A model generated the notes under the pieces. The model did not search any database, was not told the origin of the DNA, and worked only from the letters and a program-made list of their open reading frames with translations. A stretch of 64,000 bases of DNA. It comes from the human T2T-CHM13v2.0 reference genome, Homo sapiens. Where the stretch lies: assembly GCF_009914755.1 (NCBI RefSeq), contig NC_060927.1. The stretch is one strand, 5' to 3'. Made by a program: the position numbers and the translations under genes. Below are positions 43,386-62,937 of the stretch, in pieces; within the stretch, counting starts at the first letter, position 1; every line of letters begins with the position of its first letter.

Positions 43386-44155
43386 CATGGCAAGGTCTCC
43401 TTGTTTCAGAGGGGTCTGGGAAGAGAAGTCAAACTCCCCAGGGACTCTGGGGACAGGCAGGAGCAGCGTGTGCTGGGCCTGAGGGAGGCCAGTGCAGAGG
43501 GGCCACTCCCAGGCGCTTGGCTGTCTTGTGGAAGCCAGAGGTCTCATCTTCCCCAGTTTTCTGGGTGTCCCAGGATGTGGGCAGCCACTGTGCCTTTGCT
43601 GAGAACATTTATAAGAGATTCCCCAAGTCTCCGGACTGAGTGAACGTGAACCACATATGGTTCCAAACTCTGTCATAAAACCACAACTTGGCTGTGGGAT
43701 CCCTAACACGCAGTCGCGACTTGGCCAGCAATCTGGGGGAAGATTGTTCTCTTGGACGCAAAGAGAGCCACTGTGGTCCAGGGAGAGCAGAACCAGGAGG
43801 CCTTAATGAATACCTTCTCGAAGCCGACCTTAAAATGCTTTCAGCTGTGGGGTGGGGCGAAGGACTGCCACCCTCATGACAGGGCATTCCCAGGCTAGTT
43901 CATTTATCTTGAATTTAGACTTATTAAATTTTAAATTTAAATTTTTTTAATATCGTGGAACTTCTCAAACACGTTCACTACAGGAGAATAGGATGATGAA
44001 CGTCATATCCAATACTCAGCCTCAAGGGTTATGAATTCACGGATAATTTGGCTTTATTTCTGCACCACCCCCCACCCCGTGGAATAGTTTAAATCAGATT
44101 CCAGGCAACATATAATGTTATCTGCAAGTGCTGTGATTGGGTTACTCCCTTTTAA

Positions 44156-44506
<351 letters not shown>

Positions 44507-46578
44507 AAAAAAATGTTTTTAATTTAAAAAAGTTACATATAATCCAATCACCCAGCATTGATTTAAATGGTGTGGCTCCATCAAAAGGAATCACTCAGGT
44601 TGCATTTGCATCTTCATTTTGTCACCTGTGGTTACATGACCCTGGGCGCGGTGCCTCTCCAAGCCTCAGCTTCCTCAGGTATAAAATGGGTGTGTGCTTG
44701 GTACAGGGTTGTTGTGGGGTGAAAGGAGGTGTTACTATTGGCTCGATGCCTGGCCCATACAGCACAGGTGTGAACAATGACTGCTGATGGAACATCCTGC
44801 CTGATCCAAGGCCTACATGTTTGGCATTGGAGCTCACCAGAAAGCACAGCTGTTTCTTCCACAAATCAGCCCAGTTGCTCAGGAAGGAGGGCAGCCCTAT
44901 GTAGGAGGAAGCACTTCTGCTTGCATGCAGGAGGTTGGAATCTCAAATCCTTGGGTCATCTTAAATTGCTTCCAGAGGCTGACCTCAGTGCTGGGTTCTT
45001 GACTAATCTACACCATTCAATCAGGGTGACTTTTGCCTTAGAATTCCACACCACTTGCTCTGGAGGGAAGGGAAGAGGAAGGACTAAAAGGAAGATGTGG
45101 CCTCAACCCTCCATTTTACAGGTGGAAAAACTGAAGCTCGGCTGGTGAAGGCACTAAGATCCCAGGGCTGCTAATGGCAAAGACAGGACTGGAGGCCAGC
45201 GTCCAGCTTCAGTTTTCTTGCCTGCAAAAGGGTAGGCGAAAGCAAGGGAAACCCAGCTATCCTTAGAGGCTGGAAGCCCACCAGTCAGAAAGGCTAACCC
45301 TGTCGTGCTAACCAAAAAGCCACTGAGGGATTTCTTAAGTTAAGACGAAGGCAGCTTCTAAGAATCAGGGACTTGTGTTTTCTCCCAAGAGACTTTTGAA
45401 AGCAAAACTTGCAGGGACCCCCTCCTTAGAGACAGGAGGTCACAGCTGAGGTATCTGGCCAGATGCAAAGAACTTCCCTCTCTGTTCTTGTTAACACTGA
45501 TAAAAAGGCTTCCTTCCTCATTCTCGGGACCAGCTTTTCACCCCGGGCCGCCGGCCGACTCAACCCCCATACCCCTCTTGTCATACTATCCTCCCACCGC
45601 CTCCACCCTCTTGCCACCCCGGACTTGACCTTGTCCTGGACTGTCCCTTTGACAAAATTCAGGGCCACCCGACTCTTCTTACCTTCGCTGGTGCCTCTTC
45701 CTCTGTCTTGCACTGGTGGGTTCATGTTTCACTTCTCCACCAGGGCGGTGGGTGGAGGCCACGAGGGCTGTCCCATCACCTCATGTTTGGCAGCTGTGGT
45801 GGGCCTGGGTGGGAGAAGGGTGTCTGGTTCTGGTTCTGCTGTCAGGAGAGGGCCTCTCCACCTGGCCAGCCCTGGTTTCCTCTTTTGCACCCTGGGGAGA
45901 GTCATCTCCCTCACAGTGTCGGGAGGTGGAAATTGGTGATCATGGCTAAGGTGCATGGAGCATCTATTATGTGCCAGGGATGTGGGATTTATCTCACGTA
46001 AGCCTCCTGACAACTCTGTTTTACACATGGGAAAACAAGTTCAGCGAGATGAAGTGGCTTGCCGGTGGCCACCAGGTAGTGATGGGTGGAGGAGGCAGCA
46101 TTTGAACCCAGGTACTCAGCCCCCAGATCATGGGCTCTTAACCACATCCCCACACCATCTTCCTAAAAAGTAACATCTGTACCACACCCTTGGAACTAGC
46201 AGCAACAGAAGCTGCAGACTTTTGGAAAGGGAAAGTAGCTCCTCCATTCCACCCCCACCATATTTTGATGACAACTATGGACTCGATGCTCCTGCTTTCT
46301 TATCTCACAAAGGTGGGAAGGCAACAGTCTGTGTTTTCACTGGCACTCTCCCGTGTCCTGATAGAGGAAGTAGTAGCTCAGACAAGTTAAGGAAGTTGAG
46401 CAGGGTCACACAGCTGGTCTGTGGCAGCAGGGAGAGTTAAATGCATGTTAACTTGTTCAGTTATTGAGCACCTGCTGCATACCAGCCTGCATGTCAATTG
46501 CTGGGTATGCTGTGGGATACTGCCCTCTCAGGTCTTACAGCTAAAGGAAGGGTGTTGATGGTGGAAATAGTGTGTTGA

Positions 46579-46881
<303 letters not shown>

Positions 46882-47459
46882 AAGTGACAGATCTTTATAG
46901 CTGGGCTGGTCCTGCTCCACAGAGCTGTCTCCCTTGGGCTGTTGACATTGAAATGACAAACACTGGGCAGCCAACTCACCATTAATTGCCAGGATGAATG
47001 GAGCCATCCCAGCTACAGAGCTCTGGCAGCTAGACCCTATGGCCACAGCAGGTCTTTTGGAGTGACTTTGAATGGCTTCCCATGCCCCTACTGTTTCTTG
47101 CTTTCTCCTGATAACACCCAGCTGCTGTCAGGCCTATGGGCAAGGAGAGGCCTCCTGGGGCTGGTAGGGTCTGGGTGGGGCCCTGACTCATCGCCACCAG
47201 TGAGCCTTTGTCTGAACACTTCCCCTCCAGAGCACAGGGATAGCCATTCGGAAACCAAGGTGAAAAAGAGGGTGGAGCCCAGTCTGGGATTTGAGACTGA
47301 TTATCTACATCACTGGGGCCCTTTTGGTCTCCAGGTTTCCTCCTTCTCCCTGTCTCCCTCCCTCCCTCCATAAGTGGACATTCATTCAGGCAGAGCCAAC
47401 CAGGTAGTTGCCTAAGCTGGAGCTGCTGAAGTCTCATCTCAAATTTGTTAAGATCAGTC

Positions 47460-47640
47460 ACCTTCTTCCCCCCACTCTCAGCTCCTGCTCCTCCTCTCCT
47501 TCTCCTCCTTCTCTGCCTCTGCCTCCTCCTCCTCTTCCTCCACCTCTCCTCCCCCTCCTCCTCCTCTGCCTCATTCCTCGGGTCACTGTGACTTCTGCTT
47601 AATTTCCCTTCCCCTCTCTTTCCCTCTCTGCACTCCCCAC
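47460..47640. repeat. (CCT)n-like polypyrimidine low-complexity tract
   Basis: Seen directly. Confidence 0.85.
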
Positions 47641-47734
47641 TTAATTTTTCACTCACTTCACTGATGAGGAGTACCACTTTCTCCTTTTCGATTACTTTTC
47701 TCCCTGTTTACATGTTAATAAAAAGTTACTTTTC

Positions 47735-48025
47735 TTTTTTTCCAAGACAGGGTCTCACTCTGTCACCTGGGCTGGAGTGCAGTGGTACAATCTCAGCTCA
47801 CTGCAGCCTTGACATCCCGGGTTCCAGCCATCCTCCCACCTCAACCTCCTGAGTAGCTGGGACTGTAGGTGCACGCCACCACGCCTGGCTAATTTTTGTG
47901 TTTTCGTAGAGATGGGGGCCTTGCCATGTTGCCCAGACTGGTCTTAAACTCTCGGGCTTAAGAGATCCTCCTGCATCATCCTCCCAATGTGCTGGGACTA
48001 CAGGCGTGAACCACTACGCCCAGCC
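47735..48025 (-). mobile_element. AluJ
   Basis: Alu dimer; TSD aaaagttacttttct. Confidence 0.9.
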
Positions 48026-48499
48026 AGAAAAAGTTACTTTTCTCCTTGGCTTCAAACTCATATTCCAAGGCTATTTTCTCTTTCAAGAGACATTCATTTC
48101 ATGTGCTTTGAACATACATATTTGTTGCAAAAAATATACTCTGGTTATCCTTCTCTTGCAGAAAAGAAACACATGCCATTAGTTTTATTTACTTGTCAGT
48201 GTGTTGTGAAGGAAGGCCAGAGTCCAGATCAGCTTCTCTTCTTTGCAGGTCTGTCTGCTGAAAGTCATCAAGACACTTTCCAACTCATTGTTTCCAACGA
48301 GGGGCGCAGGCTGGGAGCGCTGAGGGGCTGGCTTAACCACCAGATTTTGAATCTCACAGCTTGAGGCTTTTGTGCCTCTGTCCACAGAAGTTCTCACCAA
48401 AAGTGTAGCGAAGGCACAGAGCCTGGCTTGTGGGATTTCTACAAGCCAAGACCCACAGTGAATTACTGAAAACATATTCTTCTATCGCATAAGTGTTTA

Positions 48500-48976
<477 letters not shown>

Positions 48977-49436
48977 TTAAGGGAAATACAGAGGGACAGA
49001 AATAGAGAGTTCCCAAGAGCAGGAACAACAGTTAGAGACACAGAGAGACAAAGATGGGAGAGACAGAGAGAGCAAGAGTTGGTGGAACAGAAAGAGTGAG
49101 CGAGAGGGAGAGACAAAGAGAACAGAGTACAAGAGAGAAAGGAGGAAAGGACAAAAGGAGAGACTTGGGAAAGGAGAAAACACGAGGAAAAACATCAAAA
49201 GAACCCGAGGTTTGTAGAGGTGGGAAGGATCCTAAGAGCGAATTATTGATTTTGCCAACACACGACCTCTAGACTCAAGACTCAAACTGTCTTGGTTCCC
49301 CATTTCCTAGCTGTGCAGTTGAGACAGGTTACAGTATTAAATATATCTGTGCCTCAGTTTCCTCATCTGCAAGATGCAGACAACAGTCTCTACCTCATAA
49401 GGCTCCTGGGAGGGCTGTTGAGTTAATACATTAAGC

Positions 49437-49930
<494 letters not shown>

Positions 49931-51239
49931 TATGAAGCAAATGCTCAAGATGCCCTAGTTGTTGTGATGATCGTTTATTGAGCATATATGTGGCAGGAAG
50001 TGTGTCATGTGGGATCCAAAGATGTCAAAGCCCCCGACTCTGTAGTTCAGCGGGAGTCTGTTTTCCAGTTTTCCCTGATCTGTCTGGTTTATTTGTGGTT
50101 ATTAATAACATATCACTTTCACTCTCAAAGGTGTCCTGATTCAGAGGAGAGGCTTATGTCATCACCTTATTTTGGGGGCAGAGTATGAGTAATCGGGCTG
50201 GGTGGAACCTGCAGTAAGCCAGGAGCACCTGCCCCCCTGAAGCCGATGCTCCCGCAGGTGCAGGCAATGACAGGGGCTTGTATTTGCAGTCTCTAATTTT
50301 CCAAGAGAAGTTGGAAACTCAGATTTTTATGTGAAATCATCCCATTTTTAAAATAAACTATTTTTTTCGGTTTTAAAAAATACACCTTATTAAAAGTTTT
50401 CCAAACTTCCTGCCCCCAGTCCAGCTAAAGCACATCTGTGGCTTAGGCCAGCATGTGGTCTGTTTCTAATCTCTAGACTTGAGGAAGTGACAATCTATTG
50501 AGAGGAGCTAGACAAGTAAACAGGCAGTTACCACACCGGTGATAAGGGTGGTGACAGCAGTGAACCCAGGGTGAGTCAGGAGGCAGAGGAGGGGCAGACA
50601 CGGGAGCTGGAGAGTGGAAACCTGGGAAGCCTTCCTGAAAGGGGGTAACAACGGAGCTGATTCCTGAGAGTTGATTGTGAACACGTTCCAGAAATAATCA
50701 TAATGATGGCAGGGAACGTTTCCCCTTGTTGCTTTCTGGGTGTTAGATATTGCTGTAAACAACTCTGCAAGCATCATCTCATTCAACCTGCACAATAACC
50801 CCATGAATTAAGGACCAGTGTTATTCTCATTTTTCTGCAAGAGGGGACTGAAGCACAGAGAAGCTAAGTAACTTGCCCAAGGGCACACAGTGAACAGATG
50901 TCATGTGATCTACCATACATAGATTTAAGCATTACCCTAGAAAACTCCGTGGAAGAGCAGAATGACAAGTCCAAAGACTAGAAGGTAAAAGAGAGCAAGG
51001 CACTTTAACAAAACTGAAGATAGGCCACTGCGGCTGAAGTGGGATGTATTCACCATATGGGGCAAGGAGCTGGACTGCCGACTGGGAGGCAGGAAGGTGG
51101 ACAGGAGAGAAGTTGGGTCACGCTAAGGGGCTCGGGCTTTATTTTAAAGACTAGAGGCAAGATTGAAATGCTAAAAGATTTAAAGATCAGTATAACTCCT
51201 ACTCCTCTCTCCCCTACTCCATTTAAAAGAAAGCTCAGA

Positions 51240-51542
<303 letters not shown>

Positions 51543-52486
51543 TTAAAAAGCTCAGAAGGGCTTTCTTCCCTTACCCTAGGTCACACAGCCCAGCTCTGGG
51601 GCCAAACCCAGGTCTCTGGACTCCTACCAGGACAGGGCCGCACCCCAGGGAGAGACAAGAGGGAAAGGGAGAAGGCCCAGAACAGTGGCTTTCAAGACTT
51701 TATATTGACGATTAAAGAGTTATCTCAACAAGAGAAATTAATCTGCCCTGATTCCATTCCCTCCCACACCCTGGGTGGACCCAAGTTATTCTTTTGGCCT
51801 CACCCTAACCCCACCCACCGGCTTGCGAAAGGAGAGGGCTAGGAGACAACTCTCCCTTAGAAAGCCCAGCTCTAGGCTCCACACAGGGCCCAGCAACTCA
51901 GAAAAGGCAGCAGATCAGATGGGCTGGAGCCAGCCCTTTGAAACCACCACTGGGTGGTGAATAAAATCACTGGAAACGAACGAAGCTTGGTCTGTGGCAG
52001 CTTGGTAGGTGGCCCCGCCCGGGATGAAAGGCCTGCCAGGGCTGGGCTGGGCCAAGCTGTGCACAGAGGCCTAACAAGCCTTCAGAGGCAATTCCTATCT
52101 CTGCTCCCTGGGGTTAATGCCTGCCTGTGGAGAGATTGATTAATGTGCAGTTGTGAGGACAACCTGTCAAGACCTGTGGATTTAGATTTTGTCTTGTCTT
52201 AGCTTGATTTCAGAGTGGAGTGGCCTCACTGTGTTCTGAGGCCCTTGGCTGGTGGGCCTGTGCCAGTTTGCATGGGCGAATTCGAACCACTTGGTGGGCT
52301 CAAGTGGATAGAGGGACATTTAATGTGTACTACAGAATGCTGCCTTGTGCCACGCACTGTTCTGGCAGCTACAGGCAGGCAAGTCCCTGATTTCATGCAG
52401 CTCGTGTTCTAGTAGAGGGGTGAAGGCATTGGACAAATTAAGAAGTCAATAAAATAATCTCAGAGATGGTGGCGATGTTTCTAGAT

Positions 52487-52711
52487 GAGACCTTCTCAAC
52501 CTTGGCACTACTGACATTTGGGGCTGGATACATTCTTGGTGATAAGGGGGTGTCCTGGACACTATGGAATGTTTAGCACTATCTCTGGCCTCTACCCATT
52601 ACATGCCAGTAGCAACCCCACTACTTATGGCAACCAAGCCAAAAACATTTCAGACATTGCCAAATATCCCTGGAGTGCCAGCATTACCCCTGCCTGGTTC
52701 AGAACCACTGC
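52487..52711 (+). mobile_element. MER20 (hAT-Charlie)
   Basis: ttctcaaccttggcactactgacatttggggctgga...cagacattgccaaat...agaaccactg. Confidence 0.85.
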
Positions 52712-52718
52712 TCTAAAC

Positions 52719-53285
52719 CAGAGCTGTTCACTAAAAATATAATGTGGCCAGGCCTGGAGGCTCATGCCTGTAATCCCAGCACATGGGGAGACTGAGACAG
52801 GAGGATCACTTGAGCTCAGGAGTCGGAGACCAGCGTGGGTAACATAGGGAGACCCCATCTCCACAAAATATAAAAAAATTTGCCAAGCATGGTGGTGAGT
52901 GCCTGTAGTCCCAGCGACTCAGGAGACTGAGATGGGAGGGAGGATCCTTTGACTCCAGAATATTGAGGCTGCAGAGAGCAATGACCATGCTACTGCACTC
53001 TAGCCTGGGTGACAGTGAGACCCTGTCTCAAAAAAAAAAAAAAATACAAGCCACATGCATGATTTTACATTTTCTAGTAGCCACATTAGAAAAGAAAAAA
53101 GACACGGTTAAAATAGATTTTTAAAAAATCTATTTGATTTTACCTCAAATATTATTTCAACATGTAATTCATATAAAGAATTATTAATGAGATATGTTAT
53201 GTTCTTTTGTTCTTACAACATCTTCAAAATCTGGTGTGTATTTCACACTCACAGCACATCTCAATTAGGATAGCGCGACTCTAGA
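52719..53285. mobile_element. MER33-like hAT-Charlie split by AluJ (52746-53044, +)
   Basis: ttttctagtagccacatt...aaatctggtgtgtatttcacactcacagcacatctcaatt. Confidence 0.75.
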
Positions 53286-54736
53286 CCACCCAGCCCCGCT
53301 GCCTGTGTGAGGAGTGGAAGCGCGTGCTGTCGTAAGTTCATCAGAAAGACAGCCTCAACCTGGAGCCTCGCTGGCTGTTCAAAGTGTTGTCTCAGACTAG
53401 CAGCACCGGAGCTTGTCAGATGGCAGGATCTCGGGCCCCGCCCAAGAACTGCTGAATCAGAATTTGCCTTTGAACAAGGGAATTTGTGGGCGCATTGTAG
53501 TTTAAGAAGAACCGGGTGAGGAAGTCAGAATGTTCAGGGGCCAGGCATCTTGGGAGGGACTCAAGTCCATAAAATGAAATTGTTCTGTTGGTAGACACCG
53601 CATCTTCCTGTTAACTAACTCTAGTCTCAGTTTTCCCATCTCTAGAATGGGGATTATTCATACTCTTTCTCGGGGCTGATGGTATTTAATAAGTGTGAAC
53701 TCATCACCATGCCCCCTTTCCTCTCTGGCCACAGCTCCCCCTTTATCTCACAAAAGCCTTCCTGGACTCGGACTTTCTGAATGTTGTGCCCTACGTTGAG
53801 GATGGGGTGAAGAGGAGGCAGTTTCTGCTACCAGGGATGCTACCCCAAGAGGGAAGACCCTGAGCCCAACTGCAGTGCCCACCTGGGTGGGGGAACCCAT
53901 GTGGAGCGGCCTGAGGGGCCTGGGCATGGGGTGCGGCTCCCACACCAAACAGGGCATGTGGCCATGTGGAGAATGACCTGCACACGCTCACACATTGTAC
54001 AAGGTGTGGGTGAAGTGGTGGCTCTGTCACTTAGGAGGACTTCCTGTTCCCAAGGCCAGAACATTCTATAAAAATCATTAAGGAGTTAGAGGTTCTCTGT
54101 TTGCTCACCCTCGGCAAGTTCCTCACCCAGCAAGACTATGTTGTGAAGTCCTACCCTTGCGTCTGCCGAGGGGACCCCCACCACCACCAGCCCAGCATCT
54201 GGAAGAAGCCTGACTCTCCCTTTGGAGTGCCAGTTCCTCTTGATTTCTAGTTCCGACATGTCCAAAATGGAAGGTGCTTATCTCCAAACCCCATGGCTCA
54301 GCCTGGCGCTCACTTCCCTCGCCTTTCATCAGGGCTTGGGCAGGCTCCCCAAGTAGGCAGGAGGGGGTGAAACAAAGGTCAGGTGAGGGCTGAAGCCAAA
54401 ACAGTGTGGAGAGAAAAGGGTGCCCCTGCCACTGCCCCACCTCAGTCAGAGCTGGCACATGAGTTAAACAGATTAGGAAAACTTCACGCAGAGACTGATG
54501 GGTACAGAGGCATGAATTGGAGTGGGAGGAATCCCAAGTACCTTGGTTTCCCCCTTCCCAGTGAGCTAGAACATGATCTTGGTCAAGCCGGAGTGCTGAT
54601 GTAGGGGCCATGGCCGGGGGTTCCTCTAGGGGTGGCAGTCATGCTTATGAGGGTGAGTGCTTTAAAAATGACTAGAGCCCCAGTGTTTATCCTGTTGTGA
54701 TTCAGAAATACCACCTTGGACCAGGTAAGGACTTCA

Positions 54737-55211
<475 letters not shown>

Positions 55212-56505
55212 CTAGATTGATTGCATAGCTAATATGTTGTGGGCGTTTCACTGTTTCAGTATTTTTCCTTTTCCTCCTCTTCTGCCACTTTCTTCTTCTC
55301 CATGTCATGTCCATTTTTCAGGCATGGAGAGGGAAGGTCAGAGAGGCTGCCTTGAGTCAGAGCACCCTGGGTTGGAGTGTCCCTAGCTAGCTTAGTGACC
55401 TTGAGGAGGTCACTTAATCTGTCTGATCTTCAGCTTCCTCATCTATAAGAAGGAGAAAATAACTCTTTTGCAGAGCTGTGGAGTAACGAGATTAATATAT
55501 GTAACACCTAGCACATGCCGAGCGCTCAAAACATGCTAGTTACCCGCACGGTTACTTTTAAGTAAGTTGCCCAAGGCCACACAGCTAATGAAGAGCCGAC
55601 ATTTTGACTCAGGCCTGTTGAGTCCAGAGCGCTCGTATTCCACCACATCAGACTGACTCACTAGGTAGTGACAAATCAGGAAAGTGCCACATAAACTATA
55701 AACCCTCTCTCCCACAGGCATACATTTGCACAGAGGGAGTGACACCCATTGTTTTTGCCTGCCCAGCAACCATTCCTTTTTATTCTGGAAACATCATCTT
55801 ATGGCTTTAACACCATCTCCAGGTCTAGGGAGGAATATGTGACTCAAGCCAGGCTGGCCAGGGTTAATCCTGATATTTTTGTTGAGAAGAAAGATCTCTT
55901 TCTAATGAGGTTGTTAAGCTCACAAAAGGTAAGACTAGAGCTACTGGGACAATTCCTTGTCATCTTATAGGCAGGCAGAGCTGAAAGATTAAAAAAACAA
56001 CAAATCTCTAACACTAGCATTTGGGCACCTGGAAACAGCTATGCCTGAAGCCATCAGCTGGATCTTTTTTTTCCCCCTGTAGCTAATTTGAATCCAGTTT
56101 CTGTCTTGCAACTAAGAGTCCTCACTGACTAATTTGAGGCTTGCCTGATACCGAGGCTCATGTACCTTAAACTATCCCAGATTGACTCAACAGTATAGAG
56201 CCTAAAGAGAAAAAAGGAAAAACAAATAAAGCAAATACTTTCTCTTTCTCATTTCCTTTCATCTTATATAGATATGGTACCTCTGCTAACAATTGCTGGA
56301 TGAGTGTACAAACATGTCCAAGACAATCCCTTCACATTACTACTTGTTAATGATCTCATTACCTGCATAAACATCATGATTCTTTGTGTCAGTATCATAG
56401 TTGTCCGTATCAAACCTGTGTCAATTCCATGAAAATATATCAAGCTCCATTTCTGGTGCCCCTTTGAGAAAACTAGAGTTGGTGAGACATAAGTAAGAAT
56501 ATACA

Positions 56506-56835
<330 letters not shown>

Positions 56836-57119
56836 TAGTTTGGGATTGTTCTTGCAGCTGAATACCTCTGAAATAATAATCAATGAATATTTCATTCAAT
56901 AAATATTTACTATCCTCTTCCGTGTGCCAGTCTCCTAAGTTGTCTTAGGATAATAATTATTATCCTAAATCATCCCATTACTTCTTAGATATTTAGCATT
57001 CCAACAAACAGAAAACGAGCTCTCTCCTCTCCCTTCCCAAGGGTTTATGTCTTTCATCTCCTCCTTGGCTATCCAGGTTTCGACCTCGGAGTTGGCTTTA
57101 GCTGCTGGAGCCTTCCTGA

Positions 57120-57340
57120 ACCCATCTGTTGGGATATTGAGTCACTGAGTCATAAAGAGGAATGTTTCTCACTAAACATCACACCAGAACAGATAGACTT
57201 CCAGCTGAGCCAGCTGGTGACCTGGCCGCCCCTGAGTGGAGAAAATGGGAGACGTGGGAGTTGGAAGGCACACCACGCAGACGGTCACCTCATGGTGACG
57301 TCACCTGCCAAACCGGTGACTCACCTCCCAATTCTCCCCT
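57120..57340. promoter_or_regulatory. Candidate AP-1/CRE/TEAD enhancer
   Basis: TGAGTCA x2 (57138, 57146), GGAATG (57159), GGTGACGTCACC (57294), TGACTCA (57317). Confidence 0.65.
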
Positions 57341-57559
57341 CTACCAGCCATATCTTGCTCACTTGGAATACCTGAGGGGAATACCAGCCTCCTGTGTTTA
57401 GTGAAAACACACGCTCGTGAGCTATTTTTTAAAGGCATGATGTTTTCTTGCTTTCAAGTGCAGGCCTGGGTTAAGACTGCTTCTGCTTTAATAAGTACCC
57501 AGGAGTCTGCTTTTAAAGAAAGACTTGGATAAGCATGGGGATTGCTATGTGGGTTACCT

Positions 57560-58330
<771 letters not shown>

Positions 58331-58516
58331 TAGTTTACTTTCGAGTCCCTAAAGATCATTTGTTCTCTTTACTAGTTAGAAATTCTTCTTTAGAAAGATT
58401 CTCAGAGTTCACCTGTAGACTGGGACTAAGATGACCAGTTCTAACTACTTCTCAGGGGTATTGTGAAGATAAAGTTAACTCCTGGGTAGGAAAATGCTTT
58501 ATAAATACTAAAATGT

Positions 58517-58556
58517 GTCTACGGTCATACTATCCTGAATGCACCCTATCTCGTCT
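58517..58556 (+). pseudogene. 5S rRNA 5'-end fragment (nt 1-40), tailless retropseudogene
   Basis: 34/40 identity to GTCTACGGCCATACCACCCTGAACGCGCCCGATCTCGTCT; degenerate TSD on both sides. Confidence 0.85.
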
Positions 58557-59438
58557 AAATTCTAAAACGCCCCACAAAAATATTTTTACTTTGTTTGTAC
58601 TATTTGCTTAGCTTTTCCCCGCAAGCAGAAAAAAAAAAAAAAAAAAGAGAGAACACGACCCTAGGCTCCTTTCAAATTATAATAAAATCTAGACGGAAAT
58701 GGTCCAAATGAATGAGGTTTTCCTGGGATGTTTGTATACACTGCAGTCTCTCCATTCTTTCCAAAGCCGAGTACAAGTGCATTAAGCGCTTACATGGACC
58801 AGGACGCTATTCTGCTCATTACTGAGCATTAATTTACAGCTCTGGGACATGGACAAGTTACTTCGCCTCTGTGCCTCGGTCTCTTCATCTGCAATGTAGG
58901 GACCAAAGTGATAGAACTGACCTCATAGGGTTGTTGTATCAAATGAGGTAATAATGGTAGTGGCTTTGGCACAGCGTTTGGCATACAGTAGGCCTCAATG
59001 CTAGTTGCATTGCTGTTATTATGTGTTTCTTATTTGGAATTACTTTTATCCTCATCTCACATTTTTAACACATAATTCAAGATTAAATGCATGGTCTTAA
59101 AAATGCACTAAAAAAGCATCAATTCCAAAGAAAAAGGGCCATGTCTGTCATGTTAATTGATGTTTTGCAAGGCTGCCTGGTAATGGTACAGACTTCTAGT
59201 TTAGGACTCAGATTTGATTTTACTTCCCAGCTGGTCTCACATTAACTGGGTATTCTACTCTGTAAAATGGGGATAACACCTACCTCATAAGGTTGTGTTG
59301 AAGCCACAAGTTCATGCCCGTGCAGCTTTGCAAGGCTTAATACGTGCTGGCTAGCGCTGTTATTATCCGTCTCTCTTCACCTGGCACGCTCGGGGTACTC
59401 AGGAAATACTTGCCAAAAGTAATTAAAACAAACATTGC

Positions 59439-59762
59439 AGCCGGGTGTGGTGGGTCGCACCTGTAATCCCAGCACTATTCGAGGACAAGGCGGGCGGGTC
59501 ACTTGAGGTCAGGAGTTTGAGACCAGCCTGGCCAACATGGTGAAACATTGTCTCTATTAAAAATACAAAAAAAAAAAAAAAAATTAGCTGAGCGTGGTGG
59601 TATGCACCTGTAATACCAGCTACTGGAGAGGCTGGGACAAGAGAATGGATTGAACCAGGGAGGCGGAGGTTGCAGTGAGCCAAGATCGAGACACGGCACT
59701 GCAGCCTGAGTGACAAATCAAGACTCTGTCTCAAACAACAACAAATAAACAAAATAAAAAAA
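59439..59762 (+). mobile_element. AluS with extended middle A-tract
   Basis: Alu dimer. Confidence 0.9.
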
Positions 59763-60099
59763 TATATATATTGCTTCACTGATAGTGGACGGGCCATTGA
59801 CTCTTAAGAGGTTCGTGAGACCCTGATCTATGGCAAGAAAGGTAAGAAAAAACGCAACCCAACCCAACCCAAACCAAACCAAATCACAGAGGCTTGAAAA
59901 GTCATCTCTCCCAGTGACAGGCTATCCTAGGGCTCTTCTCTGGGCTTTAGTTTTCTCTGGCTTGTTTCTAACACCCTCAGGCGAGTGTGCTTTGAAAACC
60001 TGACAATCAGGTACAATATGGAAGGTGGGCCACCGGGTGCCTTCAGGGCAGAATCCAGGACCTGTAGTGGGTGGCCTAGTGTCCTGGGGCCTGCACCCT

Positions 60100-61232
<1,133 letters not shown>

Positions 61233-61317
61233 GAGGCCACTCTTTTCATAAAGCAGACCGGGAAACTGAGGTTCAGAGAGGGCAGGGTACCTGTCCATAG
61301 TCCCTCAGCTATTCTAA

Positions 61318-61706
<389 letters not shown>

Positions 61707-61768
61707 TAGTTGACGACTCCTCTCTGAGGCCTTGCGCTCCTGTGAGCCCTTTCTCCATCACTGCATCC

Positions 61769-62590
<822 letters not shown>

Positions 62591-62600
62591 TTCTATGTAA

Positions 62601-62937
<337 letters not shown>

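Noticed and set aside
47030-47677. 215-aa charged (E/R-rich) ORF on the - strand
   Set aside because: Translation of a (CCT)n low-complexity tract; no splice or homology support.
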